Shown here piece after piece: positions 1 to 10,094 of a stretch of DNA of 64,000 bases. The position numbers and the translations under genes were made by a program. Source of the stretch: Anaeromyxobacteraceae bacterium (GTDB lineage Bacteria > Myxococcota > Myxococcia > Myxococcales > Anaeromyxobacteraceae); contig JASGHJ010000002.1 in NCBI GenBank assembly GCA_047602405.1, positions 3,552,001 to 3,616,000 of the forward strand, in the 5' to 3' direction. The first letter of the stretch is position 1. The number at the start of each line of letters is the position of its first letter. The notes below the pieces were generated by a model that was not told the origin of the DNA, did no database searches, and worked only from the letters and a program-made list of their open reading frames with translations.

Positions 1-1230
1 CTCGTGGAGGAGGGCCGGCCCGCCGCGCGCGCGGCGCAGCGGCTGCGCGCGCAGCCCGAGGCGTTCCTCGCGACCGTCCAGATCGGCATCACGGTCGTGG
101 GCGCGACGGCGGCGGCCTTCGGCGGCGCGTCGCTCGCGAGGCGCCTCGAGCCCCTCATCGCCGCGGTGCCCGCCGCCGCTCCGTACGCGGGCGAGCTCGC
201 GCTCGGGCTCGTGGTCGCGCTCGTCTCCTACCTCACGCTCGTGCTCGGCGAGCTCGTCCCGAAGTCGCTCGGCCTGCGCGCCTCCGAGCGGTACGCGCTC
301 CTCGCCGCGCGGCCGCTCCTCGCGCTCTCGACGCTGGCGCGGCCGCTCGTGTGGCTCCTCACCGCGTCCTCCAACCTGGTGCTCCGGCCCTTCGGCGACC
401 GCACCACCTTCACCGAGGCGCGGCTCTCGGTCGAGGAGATCGAGCAGCTCGTCGACGAGGCGGGCCGCGCCGGCACGCTCGACGCGCCCACCGCGGAGAT
501 CACCGCCCGCGCCCTCGCCTTCCGCGACCTCACCGCGCAGGACGTGATGGTGCCTCGCGCGCGCATCGTGGGCCTGCCGAGGGACGCCTCCCAGGACGAG
601 CTCCGCCGGCGGCTCCTCGAGGAGGGGCGCTCGCGGATGCCGGTGTACGGCGAGACGCTCGACGACGTGGTCGGCTACGTCCTCGCGAAGGACCTCGCCG
701 CGATGGCGTACGAGAAGCACCTCATCGTGCTCGCCGACCTCGTCCGCCCGGTGCACTTCGTGCCCGCCTCCGCGAAGGCCGCCAACGTCCTCCGCGAGCT
801 GCAGCGGCGGCACACCCAGCTCGCGATCGTGGTCGACGAGCACGGCGGCGTGGCCGGGATCGTCACGCTCGAGGATCTCGTCGAGGAGCTCGTGGGCGAG
901 ATCGTCGGGGAGGCGGAGGAGCACGAGCCCCTGCTCCGCCGGGAGCCCGGTGGCACCGCGCTCGTGCGCGGCGACGCGCCCATCCGCGAGGTGAACCGCG
1001 AGCTCGGGACCGACCTGCCGGAGGGCGAGGGCTACACCACCGTGGCCGGCCTGTGCATCTCGCTCGCCGGCGCCGTCCCCGAGCGCGGCCAGCGGCTCAA
1101 GGCCCCGGAGGGCACCGAGATCGAGGTGGTCGAGGCGACGCCGCGCCTCGTGCGCCTGCTGCGGCTGCGCCCGCCCACGGCGGAGTCCGCCCTCTCCACC
1201 AGCGGGGGAGAGGGCACCCCGAGTGAATGA
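1..1230 (+). CDS. Hemolysin/CNNM (DUF21-CBS-CorC_HlyC) family membrane protein, 5' truncated by window edge
   Basis: FLATVQIGIT, GELVPKSL, DVMVPR, VDEHGGVAGIVTLEDLVEELVGEI and YTTVAG motifs. Confidence 0.9.
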   Translation, partial: LVEEGRPAARAAQRLRAQPEAFLATVQIGITVVGATAAAFGGASLARRLEPLIAAVPAAAPYAGELALGLVVALVSYLTLVLGELVPKSLGLRASERYALLAARPLLALSTLARPLVWLLTASSNLVLRPFGDRTTFTEARLSVEEIEQLVDEAGRAGTLDAPTAEITARALAFRDLTAQDVMVPRARIVGLPRDASQDELRRRLLEEGRSRMPVYGETLDDVVGYVLAKDLAAMAYEKHLIVLADLVRPVHFVPASAKAANVLRELQRRHTQLAIVVDEHGGVAGIVTLEDLVEELVGEIVGEAEEHEPLLRREPGGTALVRGDAPIREVNRELGTDLPEGEGYTTVAGLCISLAGAVPERGQRLKAPEGTEIEVVEATPRLVRLLRLRPPTAESALSTSGGEGTPSE

Positions 1231-1260
1231 GGTCGCCGCGGAGAGGGGGCCGTCACCCGC

Positions 1261-2277
1261 TCACCCCAGCCTCCCCCGCGCCCTGAAGTCCTCGAGCGTG
1301 TCGCGCAGGATCTCGTCGAGCGGCCGGATCCGGTACCCGAGCTCCCGCTCGGCCTTCGCGGACGACACGAACGTGTAGAGCGCGGCGGCCCGCGCGAGGT
1401 CCCGGGTCATCGCCGCCCGCCGGCCGCCGAGCTTCGCCCCGAGCTCCTGCAGGCCGGCCGCGGCCCACGCGACCGGGAACGGCACGCGCGGCGGCGGCTT
1501 CACGCCGGCGAGCGCGCACACGCGCGGCACGAACTCCGACATGCGCAGGTTGTGACCGCCGAGGAGGTACGCCTCGCCGGGCCGACCGCGCACGAGCGCC
1601 TCGGCGTGCGCCGCGGCGACGTCGCGCACGTCGCAGAAGGAGGCGCCGCCCTCCACCCAGGCCGGGATGCGGCGACGCGCGAAGGCGAGCACGGTCGAGG
1701 CCGACGAGCCGTGCACGTCGCCCGGGCCGAGCACGTAGGCGGGGCGGAGCGCCACCACCTCGAGCCCGCGCGCGCCGAAGGCGAGCGCCGCCCGCTCGCC
1801 GTGGAGCTTGGAGGTGAAGTACGGGATCCCGAGCGCCTCGGCGTTGCCCGGCGCGGCCTCGTCGCGGACCGCGGGCGTCGAGGTGCCGCCCATCGCCGCG
1901 GTGGACGAGGTCACGACCGCGCGCCGGACCCCGACGCGCACCGCGGCGCCGAGCACCGCCTCGACCCCGGCGACGTTCGTCGCGTCGAGCTCGGCCGCGC
2001 CGTGCTGGCCGATGGTCGCGATGCCGGCGACGTGCACGACGGCGACGCAGCCGCGCAGCGCGGCGTCGAGCGCGACGGCGTCGGCGAGCTCGCCGCGATG
2101 GACCGCGGCCCCGGGCGGCAGGCGCGAGACGTCGGAGGAGGCGCGGGCGAACACGCGCAGCGCCCAGCCGCGGGCGGCGAGCTCGCGCGCGACCGCGCCG
2201 CCGACGAGGCCGGTCGCGCCGGTGACGAGGACGGGGCCGCCGGAGAGGACCGTGCTGCTCGGGAGGCTTTCGGGCAC
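1261..2277 (-). CDS. NAD-dependent epimerase/dehydratase (HpnA/dihydroflavonol reductase-like)
   Basis: VLVTGATGLVG Rossmann motif, YxxxK (YFTSK), SSAKAERELGY. Confidence 0.85.
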   Translation of the reverse strand: MPESLPSSTVLSGGPVLVTGATGLVGGAVARELAARGWALRVFARASSDVSRLPPGAAVHRGELADAVALDAALRGCVAVVHVAGIATIGQHGAAELDATNVAGVEAVLGAAVRVGVRRAVVTSSTAAMGGTSTPAVRDEAAPGNAEALGIPYFTSKLHGERAALAFGARGLEVVALRPAYVLGPGDVHGSSASTVLAFARRRIPAWVEGGASFCDVRDVAAAHAEALVRGRPGEAYLLGGHNLRMSEFVPRVCALAGVKPPPRVPFPVAWAAAGLQELGAKLGGRRAAMTRDLARAAALYTFVSSAKAERELGYRIRPLDEILRDTLEDFRARGRLG

Positions 2278-2361
2278 GGACCCGTTGTAGCGGATCCGAC
2301 GACCCCTCGTCTCCGGGCCGCTGGCGCGGCCCTACGCTCGGGGCTGACGGAGCACGAGGAG

Positions 2362-2730
2362 CTACAGGTCGAGCACGAGCGCCGGGTCCACGGCCGCCCG
2401 CGCGCGGGCTGCGCCGGTGGCGCCCGGGTGACCCGGCGGGAACCGCTCCGCGCGCTGGTGGACCGGCGGGTGGCCCTCGGGGAGGTCGGCGCCCTCGTCG
2501 GCGCCGTACCCGGGCACCGGCGGATGGCCCGGTGGCAGCTGGAAGGCGTGGCCCTGCGGCGCGGCGCCCTCGCGCTCCTCGAGGTACGGGCACTCCGCGC
2601 CGGAGGCCGCCGGCTCCGCGACGAACCAGGCGTGCCGCGCCGGCGTCGCGTGGGACGGGCGGGAGGCCAGGCCGGCGAGCGTCAGCGCGGACAGCACGAA
2701 GAAGGCGGCGACGATGGGGACGCGAATCAT
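2362..2730 (-). CDS. Small secreted/membrane-anchored hypothetical protein with three (L/F)PxGHP repeats
   Basis: GGAGG RBS before ATG 2730; hydrophobic N-terminus; LPPGHPPV, LPEGHPPV, FPPGHPGA. Confidence 0.6.
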   Translation of the reverse strand: MIRVPIVAAFFVLSALTLAGLASRPSHATPARHAWFVAEPAASGAECPYLEEREGAAPQGHAFQLPPGHPPVPGYGADEGADLPEGHPPVHQRAERFPPGHPGATGAARARAAVDPALVLDL

Positions 2731-2827
2731 GCGGGCCTCCGGGGCGGCGCCGAGGCCGCTCACGAAGATCGATGTAAGCGCGGCCTCGCCACCGCGCCTG
2801 CCCGCCCTGCCGTTCTCCGTGCCCCCT

Positions 2828-4775
2828 TCAGGGTCGAAAGCGCCGCTCGATCCGATCGCGCAGGAGCTCGAGGAGCTCCTCGGACCCTGGCGAGCCGGTC
2901 GATTCGACCCGGAGAATCGTCGCGGCCGGCCAGGCGGGTCCCGGGGCCGAGGGGCCCGTCCTCACCGGAGATGGCCACGTCGGCCGGAGCGAGCCCGAGC
3001 TCGTACGGCCCGAGGTACAGCTCCGCGAACCGGCGGCGCAGCTCGGCGGCGGTGAGCGCCTCCTCCTCGGCGGGCGTCATCCCGAAGCCGATGGAGGTCC
3101 CGGCGAGCTCGGCGGTGACCTCCGCCACGAGCCCGAGCCGCAGCGCGTGCGGGAAGAGCGCCTCCTGGCCGTCGACCTCGCCGTAGCGCCAGTAGCTCCG
3201 GAGCACGTGCCCGCACGCGGCGCAGGCGAGCCCGTGCCGCTCGTCGAGGCCGCGGGTGCGGTAGAGGTGGAGCGCGGGGCCGCGCGCCCGGCACGCGGGG
3301 CACGCCTGCTCGGGGCCGAGCGCGGCGAGCACGTCGCGCGCGATCGCCGCGACCGCCTCACCCTCGAGCGCGATCCGCACGCCCGCCCCGAGCTCCGCGT
3401 CGGCGAGCTGCACGCCCGCGAGGACGCCGTCGCCCTGCACGCGCGCGCCGACCTCGAGCCCCTGCGGCAGCCGCCCGAGCGCGCGGGCGAGGTCGGGGGC
3501 GCCCGGCCACGCTGCGCGGAGCCGCTCCCAGGTCGCCGCCCACGCCGCGGCCGTCGCGAGCGCCTCGGGCGGGCGGCCCCCGGCCTCCTCCGCGAAGAAG
3601 GCGAGCAGCGCGAGCGCCGCCTCCCAGGGCGCCGCGGCGGCCCGGTCCTCGAGCCGCCGCGCGAGCTCGCGCGCCGCCGCCGTCGCCCGCCGCCGCTCGA
3701 GCCGCGCCGCGCCCGCCCGGACGAGCTCGTCCTCCCGGAGCGGGTCGAACGCCCGCCGCGCCCCGGTGGGTCCCCGCCTCGTGATGTCCGCCATGGCCGC
3801 CGTCCTCGCGCGCGCCACCTCGCGCGCCGCCTTGTCGAGCCGCCCGAGCCGCGCGAGCGCGTCGGCCCACGCGGCGGCGATCTCCTCCTCGAGCTCCTCG
3901 CGCGTCGCGGCGAAGAGGTCGCCCCCCGCCTCCGCGCGGCGCCGCGCCTCCTCACGGAGGCGGAACGTGTCGCTCCGGCGCAGCCGGTCGCGCTCGCGCG
4001 CCAGCGACGCGGCGAACCGCGCCATCGCCGCGATGCGCCGCTCGAGGTGCTGGAGCCTCGCCTCCGGCGAGACGTCGCCGGGCGACTCGCCCGCGCCCAG
4101 CCGCTCGGCCATCACCTCGAGCGCGGTGAGGTCCCGCCGCGCCCACGCGGCGTTCACCTTCGCCATGAGCTCGCCCAGCCGCGCGCGCTCGGCGTCGTCG
4201 CCGGCGAGGTCCGGGTGCAGGAGCCGAGCGAGGCGGCGGTAGACGCGCTTCGCGCGGACCTCGAGCGGCTCGACCGCGGGGACCTCCCCGGCCGGCTCCG
4301 CCGCGGGCGCCGCCGGCCGCGCAGGTCCCGCCCCGCGGCGCCAGCCCCCGGCGCCTCGAGGTGCGCCAGCACCGAAGCCGGCGGGCTTGCCCCCGGCGCC
4401 CTGAGGTGCGCCAGGCTTGCCCCTCCTCGCCGCCGCGGCCGCCGGACCACGCCGCGCGCCGCGCGCCGGCCGGGGCGCGGGCTCGCCCGCCTGGATCCGC
4501 CGCGCGAGCGCCTGGAGCGCCTCCTCGAGCCGGCGCAGGCGCGAGACGACGCGCTCGGCCCCGGTGAGCTCGGCGTGGAGGTCGCCGACCGCGCGCTCGT
4601 AGCGGCGGGCGAAGTCGGCGAGCTCGGCGGAGAGCGCCTCGACCTCGAGGTCGAGCGCCGTCACCTCCTCCACCGCGGCGCGGAGGCGTGCCTCGGCCTC
4701 CACGGCAGGGTCCGCCCCGCCGGCCGGGCCAGGCCCGCGCACGAGGGCGCGGCGCGCGCTGAGCTCCTTCGACAT
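2828..4775 (-). CDS. J-domain (DnaJ-like) coiled-coil protein with C-terminal CxxC..CxxC; +1 frameshift near 2901-2918
   Basis: KRVYRRLARLLHPD J-domain; CPAC and CAAC; removing one base at GAATC 2914-2918 gives ...EELLELLRDRIERRFRP* ending at TGA 2828-2830 with host-like codons. Confidence 0.7.
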
Positions 4776-4819
4776 CCGCCCGGTTCTACCACCGGGTCCG
4801 CTGACACCCTAGGCAGGGG

Positions 4820-4931
4820 CGTGCTGCCAGGGGTGGGGTCGGTCCGTTCATCCCGAGCGTAGGCCCGCGAAGCGGGCCGGAGTCGAGGGACGAGCGCCCC
4901 CTGAAACACAGCCCCCACCCCTGGCAGCACG
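4820..4931. repeat. Nested inverted-repeat (REP/MITE-like) element
   Basis: Perfect 19 bp IR 4820-4838/4913-4931, inner imperfect IR 4845-4854/4887-4896 and GGCCCGC-GAA-GCGGGCC hairpin 4862-4878. Confidence 0.8.
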
Positions 4932-5027
4932 GGCCTCGCTGCCCCAGCGACGGTGCGCCTCGCCCCGTCCGGCACCATCCCGCGCGGACAGCGGGGTGCG
5001 CACGATCGACCCCCGGAGGACCGAACC

Positions 5028-6137
5028 ATGACCGCGCTCCACGAGGCGCTTCGCTCCCTCGCCGTGCTGGACCCCGGGGCGGTGGTCGAGGCCATCGAGC
5101 CGCTCGCCGACGCCACCGGCGCCACCTCCGAGAAGGCGATGGGCTACGGCGAGCCGCTGAAGGTCGTGCTGCGCGAGCCGGGCGGCGGGAAGCGCACGCT
5201 CGTGTTCCACACGCTCTCGCGGAACGAGTTCGGCCACGACCGCCGCGCCGACCGCCTCGACGGCGCGCTGCTCGCGTACGACACCTTCTCGCAGCTGCCG
5301 CGCCACGTGCGGCCGGTGGACGTGGGCACCGTGACGGCGGACGGGCGCCTGCACTCGCTCCGCGAGGCCGGCGAGGCCTACCTCGTCACCGAGTGGGCCG
5401 AGGGCGACCTCTACGTCGAGGACCTCCGCCGCGTCGCCCGCGAGGGCGAGGTGCAGGCGCAGGACCACGCCCGCGTCGACGCGCTCGCCCGCTACCTCGC
5501 GCAGCTCCACCTCGGGAAGCTCGACGACCGGGTGGCGTGGCGGCGCGCGGTGCGCGACCTCGTGGGCCATGGCGAGGGCGTCTTCGGGATCGTGGACGCC
5601 TGGCCCGACGACTTCGCGGGCGTCGACCCCGCGCGGCTGCGGCGGATCGAGGAGCGCTGCCTCGCGTTCCGCTGGCGCCTCCGGCCGCTCGACCGCAGGC
5701 TCTCGCGCACGCACGGCGACTTCCACCCGTTCAACGTCGTCTTCCTCCCCTGCCGTCCGGGCGAGGAGCACACCCACTTCGCGCTGCTCGACGCCTCGCG
5801 GGGCGGCCGCGGCGACCCCGCCGACGACGTGACGGCGCTGTCGGTGAACTTCCCGTTCCTGGCGGTCGCGGCCGGGGCGCCCGGTGCGTGGCGCGCGCTC
5901 GGCGGGCTCTGGCACCGCTTCTGGGACCGCTACCTCGCCATGAGCAACGACCGCGAGGTGCTCGAGGTGGCGCCGCCGTTCTGGGCCTGGCGCTGCCTCG
6001 TCGTCGCGACCCCGCGCTTCTACCCGAACCTCCCGCCGGGCGCGCGCGAGGTGATGATCCGGCTCGCGGAGGCCGCGCTGGAGGCGGGCCGGCTCGAGCT
6101 CGACCTCCCGGATCGCGTGCTCGGGTCGCGCGCGTGA
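5028..6137 (+). CDS. Aminoglycoside phosphotransferase-like (APH/kinase-fold) protein
   Basis: HGDFHPFNV catalytic loop, LLDASRG..GDPADDV; GGAGG RBS. Confidence 0.8.
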   Translation: MTALHEALRSLAVLDPGAVVEAIEPLADATGATSEKAMGYGEPLKVVLREPGGGKRTLVFHTLSRNEFGHDRRADRLDGALLAYDTFSQLPRHVRPVDVGTVTADGRLHSLREAGEAYLVTEWAEGDLYVEDLRRVAREGEVQAQDHARVDALARYLAQLHLGKLDDRVAWRRAVRDLVGHGEGVFGIVDAWPDDFAGVDPARLRRIEERCLAFRWRLRPLDRRLSRTHGDFHPFNVVFLPCRPGEEHTHFALLDASRGGRGDPADDVTALSVNFPFLAVAAGAPGAWRALGGLWHRFWDRYLAMSNDREVLEVAPPFWAWRCLVVATPRFYPNLPPGAREVMIRLAEAALEAGRLELDLPDRVLGSRA

Positions 6138-6652
6138 CCGCCGGGGCGGTGGTCTGGGTCACCGGGCTCCCGTCGTCGGGCAAGTCGACGTTCGCGCGCG
6201 CCCTGCACGACCGCCTGCGACGCCTGGGCACGCCGGCGCTCGTGCTCGACGGCGACGAGGTGCGCGCAGCGCTCTCGCCGACGCCGGGGTACGACGAGGA
6301 GGCCCGCGCCGCGTTCTACGCGACGCTCGCCGACCTCGCCGCGCTGCTCGCGGGCCAGGGCCTCGTCGCCATCGTGGCCGCGACCGCGAGCCGCCGCGCC
6401 TTCCGCGCGCGGGCGCGGGCGCGCGCACACCGGTTCGTGGAGGTCTTCGTGGACGTCCCCGCCGAGGTCTGCGCCGCGCGGGATCCCAAGGGCCTCTGGT
6501 CGGCCGCGCGCGCGGGCCACGCGCCGGACCTCCCCGGCGCCGGCGCGCGCTACGAGCGCCCCGAGCACGCCGACGTGGTCGCGCGCGGCGGCGAGGACGC
6601 CGAGGCGCTCGCGGCGGCCCTGGTGCTCGCCACCGGCGCGACCGCCCGCTAG
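6134..6652 (+). CDS. Adenylyl-sulfate kinase-like P-loop kinase
   Basis: VVWVTGLPSSGKST, LDGDEVR, RDPKGL, YERP; GTGA overlap with the upstream gene. Confidence 0.8.
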   Translation: MTAGAVVWVTGLPSSGKSTFARALHDRLRRLGTPALVLDGDEVRAALSPTPGYDEEARAAFYATLADLAALLAGQGLVAIVAATASRRAFRARARARAHRFVEVFVDVPAEVCAARDPKGLWSAARAGHAPDLPGAGARYERPEHADVVARGGEDAEALAAALVLATGATAR

Positions 6653-7221
6653 TGGAAGGACGGTCCGGGCGCCTGCTCGGTCGACGCCGCCGCCTGGTGC
6701 GCGGACGACCGCGCCTCGAGGTGCCGGAGGATCGCCGCGGAGAAGGCCTCGAGGTCGCCCGGATTCCGGGAGGTGATGACGTTGCCGTCCTCGACCACCT
6801 CGCGGTCGACCCAGCGGGCGCCCGCGTTCACGAGGTCCGTCCGGAGCGACGGCCACGAGGTCACCGTGCGGCCGTCGATCGCCTCCGCCTCGACGAGCAG
6901 CCACGGGCCGTGGCAGACGGCGGCCACCGGCCTGCCGGCCTGGTAGACGTGCCGGGTGACGCGGACGACGTCGAGGCTCGTCCGCAGGTGGTCGGGCGAG
7001 TAGCCGCCCGGGATGACGAGCGCGTCGAGCTCGTCGCCCGTCACGTCGGAGGCGGCGCGCTCGGCGCGCACGTGCTCCTTGCCCTTCTTGCCGTGGAGCT
7101 CCTTCCCCTGCTGGAGGCCGATGACGATGGCCTCGTGGCCGGCCGCCTTCACGCGGTCGTAGGGGATGCGGAACTCGGAGTCCTCGAAGTCGGAGTCGAG
7201 CAGGAAGCCGATGCGCGCCAT
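6649..7221 (-). CDS. PfpI/DJ-1 family (type 1 glutamine amidotransferase-like) protein
   Basis: FEDSEF, LVIPGGYSPD, AAVCHGPW, VITSRNPGDL. Confidence 0.9.
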   Translation of the reverse strand: MARIGFLLDSDFEDSEFRIPYDRVKAAGHEAIVIGLQQGKELHGKKGKEHVRAERAASDVTGDELDALVIPGGYSPDHLRTSLDVVRVTRHVYQAGRPVAAVCHGPWLLVEAEAIDGRTVTSWPSLRTDLVNAGARWVDREVVEDGNVITSRNPGDLEAFSAAILRHLEARSSAHQAAASTEQAPGPSFH

Positions 7222-7291
7222 GCCCTCGATGTTCGGCACGGGCCGGCGGGGTGGGGAGGTCTCGGCGGGGTGCCCCGGCGAAGGGGGCGGG

Positions 7292-8140
7292 CTACCGCAG
7301 CGCGACGCGGGCGCGGTCGCGGAAGAGGAAGCCCTGCACGAAGTCGAAGCCGAGGTCGCGGGCGAGCACGAACTCGGCCGTCGTCTCGACGCCCTCCATG
7401 ACCGAGCGGGCGCCCGTCTCGGTGCACATCCGGACGAGCGCCTGGACGAGCGCGCGGGAGCGCGGGTGGCCCATGCGCGGGAGGAGCGAGCGGTCGAACT
7501 TCAGGACCTCGGCGTCGGCGATGGCGTCGAAGGAGAGGAGCCCGTTCGCGGCGCCGACGTCGTCGAGCGCGACGGCGATCTGCCGGCCGCGCAGCGCGCT
7601 GATCATCGTCTGCGAGCGCACGGCGTCGGCGGTGGCCATCGCCTCGGTCACCTCGACGACGATCTTCTTGGACGACGAGGAGAAGAGCGCGAGGAACGGG
7701 TTGCGGTGGCGGTCGCCCGCGCGCGACCAGCTGTCGGGGTCGAGGTTGACGAACAGCGCCGCGTTGGGCGCGTGCTCGACCTGGTGGAGCTTCAGGGTCA
7801 GCTCGGCGCGCAGGAGGAGCGCCGGGTCGGCGTGCAGCACCGAGAAGACCCTCGACGGCGCGATCTCGCGGCCGTCGCGGCGGCGGAAGCGCGCGAGCGC
7901 CTCGAACGCGGCGGTGCGGCCGGTGCGGGCGTGCACGAGCGCCTGGTACTCGGTGAAGAAGCGGCCCTGGTCGAGGATGGCGCGCGCCTCGGCGAGGTCG
8001 AGCCGGCCGCCCTGGCGCTGCGGCGCCTCGCCGAAGGGATCCGCGGGCGGTGCCGGCGCGTCGGCGGGCGCGATGGCCGGGACGATGGCGAGCCTGCGGG
8101 GCAGGGTCGCCCGCCGCTCTCCGAAGCCTTCGTCGCTCAC
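7292..8140 (-). CDS. Stand-alone EAL domain protein (c-di-GMP phosphodiesterase-like); start uncertain
   Basis: EYQAL, FEALARF, LFVNL, VEVTE, ALDDVG, KFDRS, EGVET, QGFLF. Confidence 0.85.
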   Translation of the reverse strand: MSDEGFGERRATLPRRLAIVPAIAPADAPAPPADPFGEAPQRQGGRLDLAEARAILDQGRFFTEYQALVHARTGRTAAFEALARFRRRDGREIAPSRVFSVLHADPALLLRAELTLKLHQVEHAPNAALFVNLDPDSWSRAGDRHRNPFLALFSSSSKKIVVEVTEAMATADAVRSQTMISALRGRQIAVALDDVGAANGLLSFDAIADAEVLKFDRSLLPRMGHPRSRALVQALVRMCTETGARSVMEGVETTAEFVLARDLGFDFVQGFLFRDRARVALR

Positions 8141-8443
8141 GCCCACGCGGCCCACCCCACCCGTCTCGATGTCGAGACCCGCACCCCGGCGGAACGGCGA
8201 CGCGCGCCGACCGCCTGCCTGCCTCCCTGACGACCTTTCCCCACACTCTGCCACCGGGTCAGCGATACCGCCAGTCAGCGATGACGCGGATTCTCCTGGT
8301 GGATCGGCCGGTACGGTCACTCCATGGAGGTGACTCTAACGCGGGTATACCTCGCGGTCGGGCAGGCGGCCAGAAACACGCCTCCCGGGACCATCGGTCC
8401 CGGGGCTGAAGACGGGCGGCCGGCGCGCCGGGCGGCAGCCAGC

Positions 8444-8569
8444 CTACCGGGCCCAGATCCCGACGAGCGTCGCGAGCGCGAAGCCGGCCCAGAGCACCCC
8501 GAGCAGCGGGAGCAGCGGGACGGCCGGGCGGGCGACGGCGCGGGCGTGGGGCGGACGGACGAAGTGCAT
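8444..8569 (-). CDS. Putative 41-aa single-pass membrane protein (absent from ORF track)
   Basis: MHFVRPPHARAVARPAVPLLPLLGVLWAGFALATLVGIWAR*; host-like codons, hydrophobic C-terminal helix. Confidence 0.4.
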   Translation of the reverse strand: MHFVRPPHARAVARPAVPLLPLLGVLWAGFALATLVGIWAR

Positions 8570-8619
8570 GAAGGGGCCGTAACGGCCGGCCGCCCGGCCC
8601 GCAACCCGCTCCGGAGTCC

Positions 8620-9963
8620 TCACCCGTTCATGTCGGCGAACCCGTTCTCACGGTACGCCCGGGCGAGGATGGAGATGGGGTGGAGCGGCTTCTTGCCGGC
8701 GTGCTGCTGGAACTGGAGCGCCGCGAGCGGGCAGTCGGTGGCCCAGACCTGCGCCTCGGCCGCCTTCATCCCCTCGAAGGCCTTCCTCCCGATGCGCGCC
8801 GAGGGCTCGAAGCCCTCCACCTTCATCGCGTAGGTGCCGTCGTGGCCGGAGCACTCGATGACGCTCGCCGCGATGGTGGTGTCGGGGATCTTGCGGAGGA
8901 GGTCGCGGCCCTTGAAGCCGATGCCCTGCGCGCGCAGGTGGCAGGGCGCGTGGTACGCGATCTTGCCGCCCGGGATCTTCGACTTGAAGTCGGTCGAGAA
9001 GCGCGGCTCGTTCCGGAGCGAGAAGATGTACTCGGAGACGTCGTTGACCGCGGCGGCGAGCTTCGCGGCGCGCTCGCGGTCCGGGCCCTCGAGGAGGTGA
9101 GGCCACTCGCGGCGCATCATCATCGAGCAGGTCGGGTTGACGACCAGGATCTTCGCGCCCTTCTCGACGTACGGCATGAGGAGGTCGAGGTCCTGGTGCG
9201 CCTGGCGGCGGAGCTGGCCGAGGTTGCCCGCCTCCCACGCCGGCATGCCGCAGCAGGCGAGCCCCTTCACCACCCGCACGTCGACGCCGCACTTCTGGAG
9301 GACGAAGAGCGCGTCCTTGCCGATGTCGACCTCGTTGTGCTGCACGAAGCAGGTCTGGAAGAGCACCGCCTCGCCGCCGGGCTCCGGCTTGACGTAGCCC
9401 GCGCCGTCGGCCCAGTCGTCGAAGGCCTGCATGGAGAAGTCCGGCAGGAGCTTCTCGCGGTGCACGCCGAGGGTCTTCTCCATCAGGACCCGCAGCGGCT
9501 TCGAGCGGTTGGCGACGTTCGCCATGCCGAGCGACAGGCGGGCCATCTTGCCGGCCCGGTCCGGGTCGTTGAGGACGCGCATCTGGAGGGTGGGCGCCCG
9601 GTCCTTGCGCTCGACGGCGTTGTAGCGGTGCACGAGCGCGGGGAAGTCGAGCATGTACTCGTGCTTGTCGCGCGGGGTGTACGGGCACTGCACCTCGCAC
9701 AGCTTGCACTGGAAGCACGCGTCCATCACCTGGCGCGTCTCGGCGCGGGTGAGCTTCGTGACGTCGCCCTCGTGGCGGTCGTCGATGAACGAGAAGAGCT
9801 TCGGGAAGCTGTCGCAGTACTTGAAGCACATGCGGCAGCCGTGACAGATCTCGAAGGCCCGTGTGACCTCGCCGTCGACCGCCGCCTGCTCCCAGTACCG
9901 CGGCTCGGCCGGATCGTAGGAGAGGCCGGGGGTCGGCTTGTAGCTGATGTTCTTCTCGCTCAT
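8620..9963 (-). CDS. GlpC/HdrD-like Fe-S oxidoreductase (2x 4Fe-4S plus CCG domains)
   Basis: CHGCRMCFKYC, CFQCKLCEVQCP, CCGMP, YHAPCH, CSGHDG, TDCPLA. Confidence 0.9.
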   Translation of the reverse strand: MSEKNISYKPTPGLSYDPAEPRYWEQAAVDGEVTRAFEICHGCRMCFKYCDSFPKLFSFIDDRHEGDVTKLTRAETRQVMDACFQCKLCEVQCPYTPRDKHEYMLDFPALVHRYNAVERKDRAPTLQMRVLNDPDRAGKMARLSLGMANVANRSKPLRVLMEKTLGVHREKLLPDFSMQAFDDWADGAGYVKPEPGGEAVLFQTCFVQHNEVDIGKDALFVLQKCGVDVRVVKGLACCGMPAWEAGNLGQLRRQAHQDLDLLMPYVEKGAKILVVNPTCSMMMRREWPHLLEGPDRERAAKLAAAVNDVSEYIFSLRNEPRFSTDFKSKIPGGKIAYHAPCHLRAQGIGFKGRDLLRKIPDTTIAASVIECSGHDGTYAMKVEGFEPSARIGRKAFEGMKAAEAQVWATDCPLAALQFQQHAGKKPLHPISILARAYRENGFADMNG

Positions 9964-10094
9964 GTCGGCTCACCTTTAGACAGCGTCTAAACCCGGCGCA
10001 ACCGAAACATCGTGCCCCCGCACGGCCGCCCGGGTGGAGGGCTCTGTCGGGTACCGGGGTGCGCGCCCGCGCGCGGGTGTCCACGGTGGGTGAC

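Noticed and set aside
8281..8409. Short ORF starting MTRILLVD (response-regulator-like start)
   Set aside because: Similarity ends after eight residues; no receiver motifs or RBS
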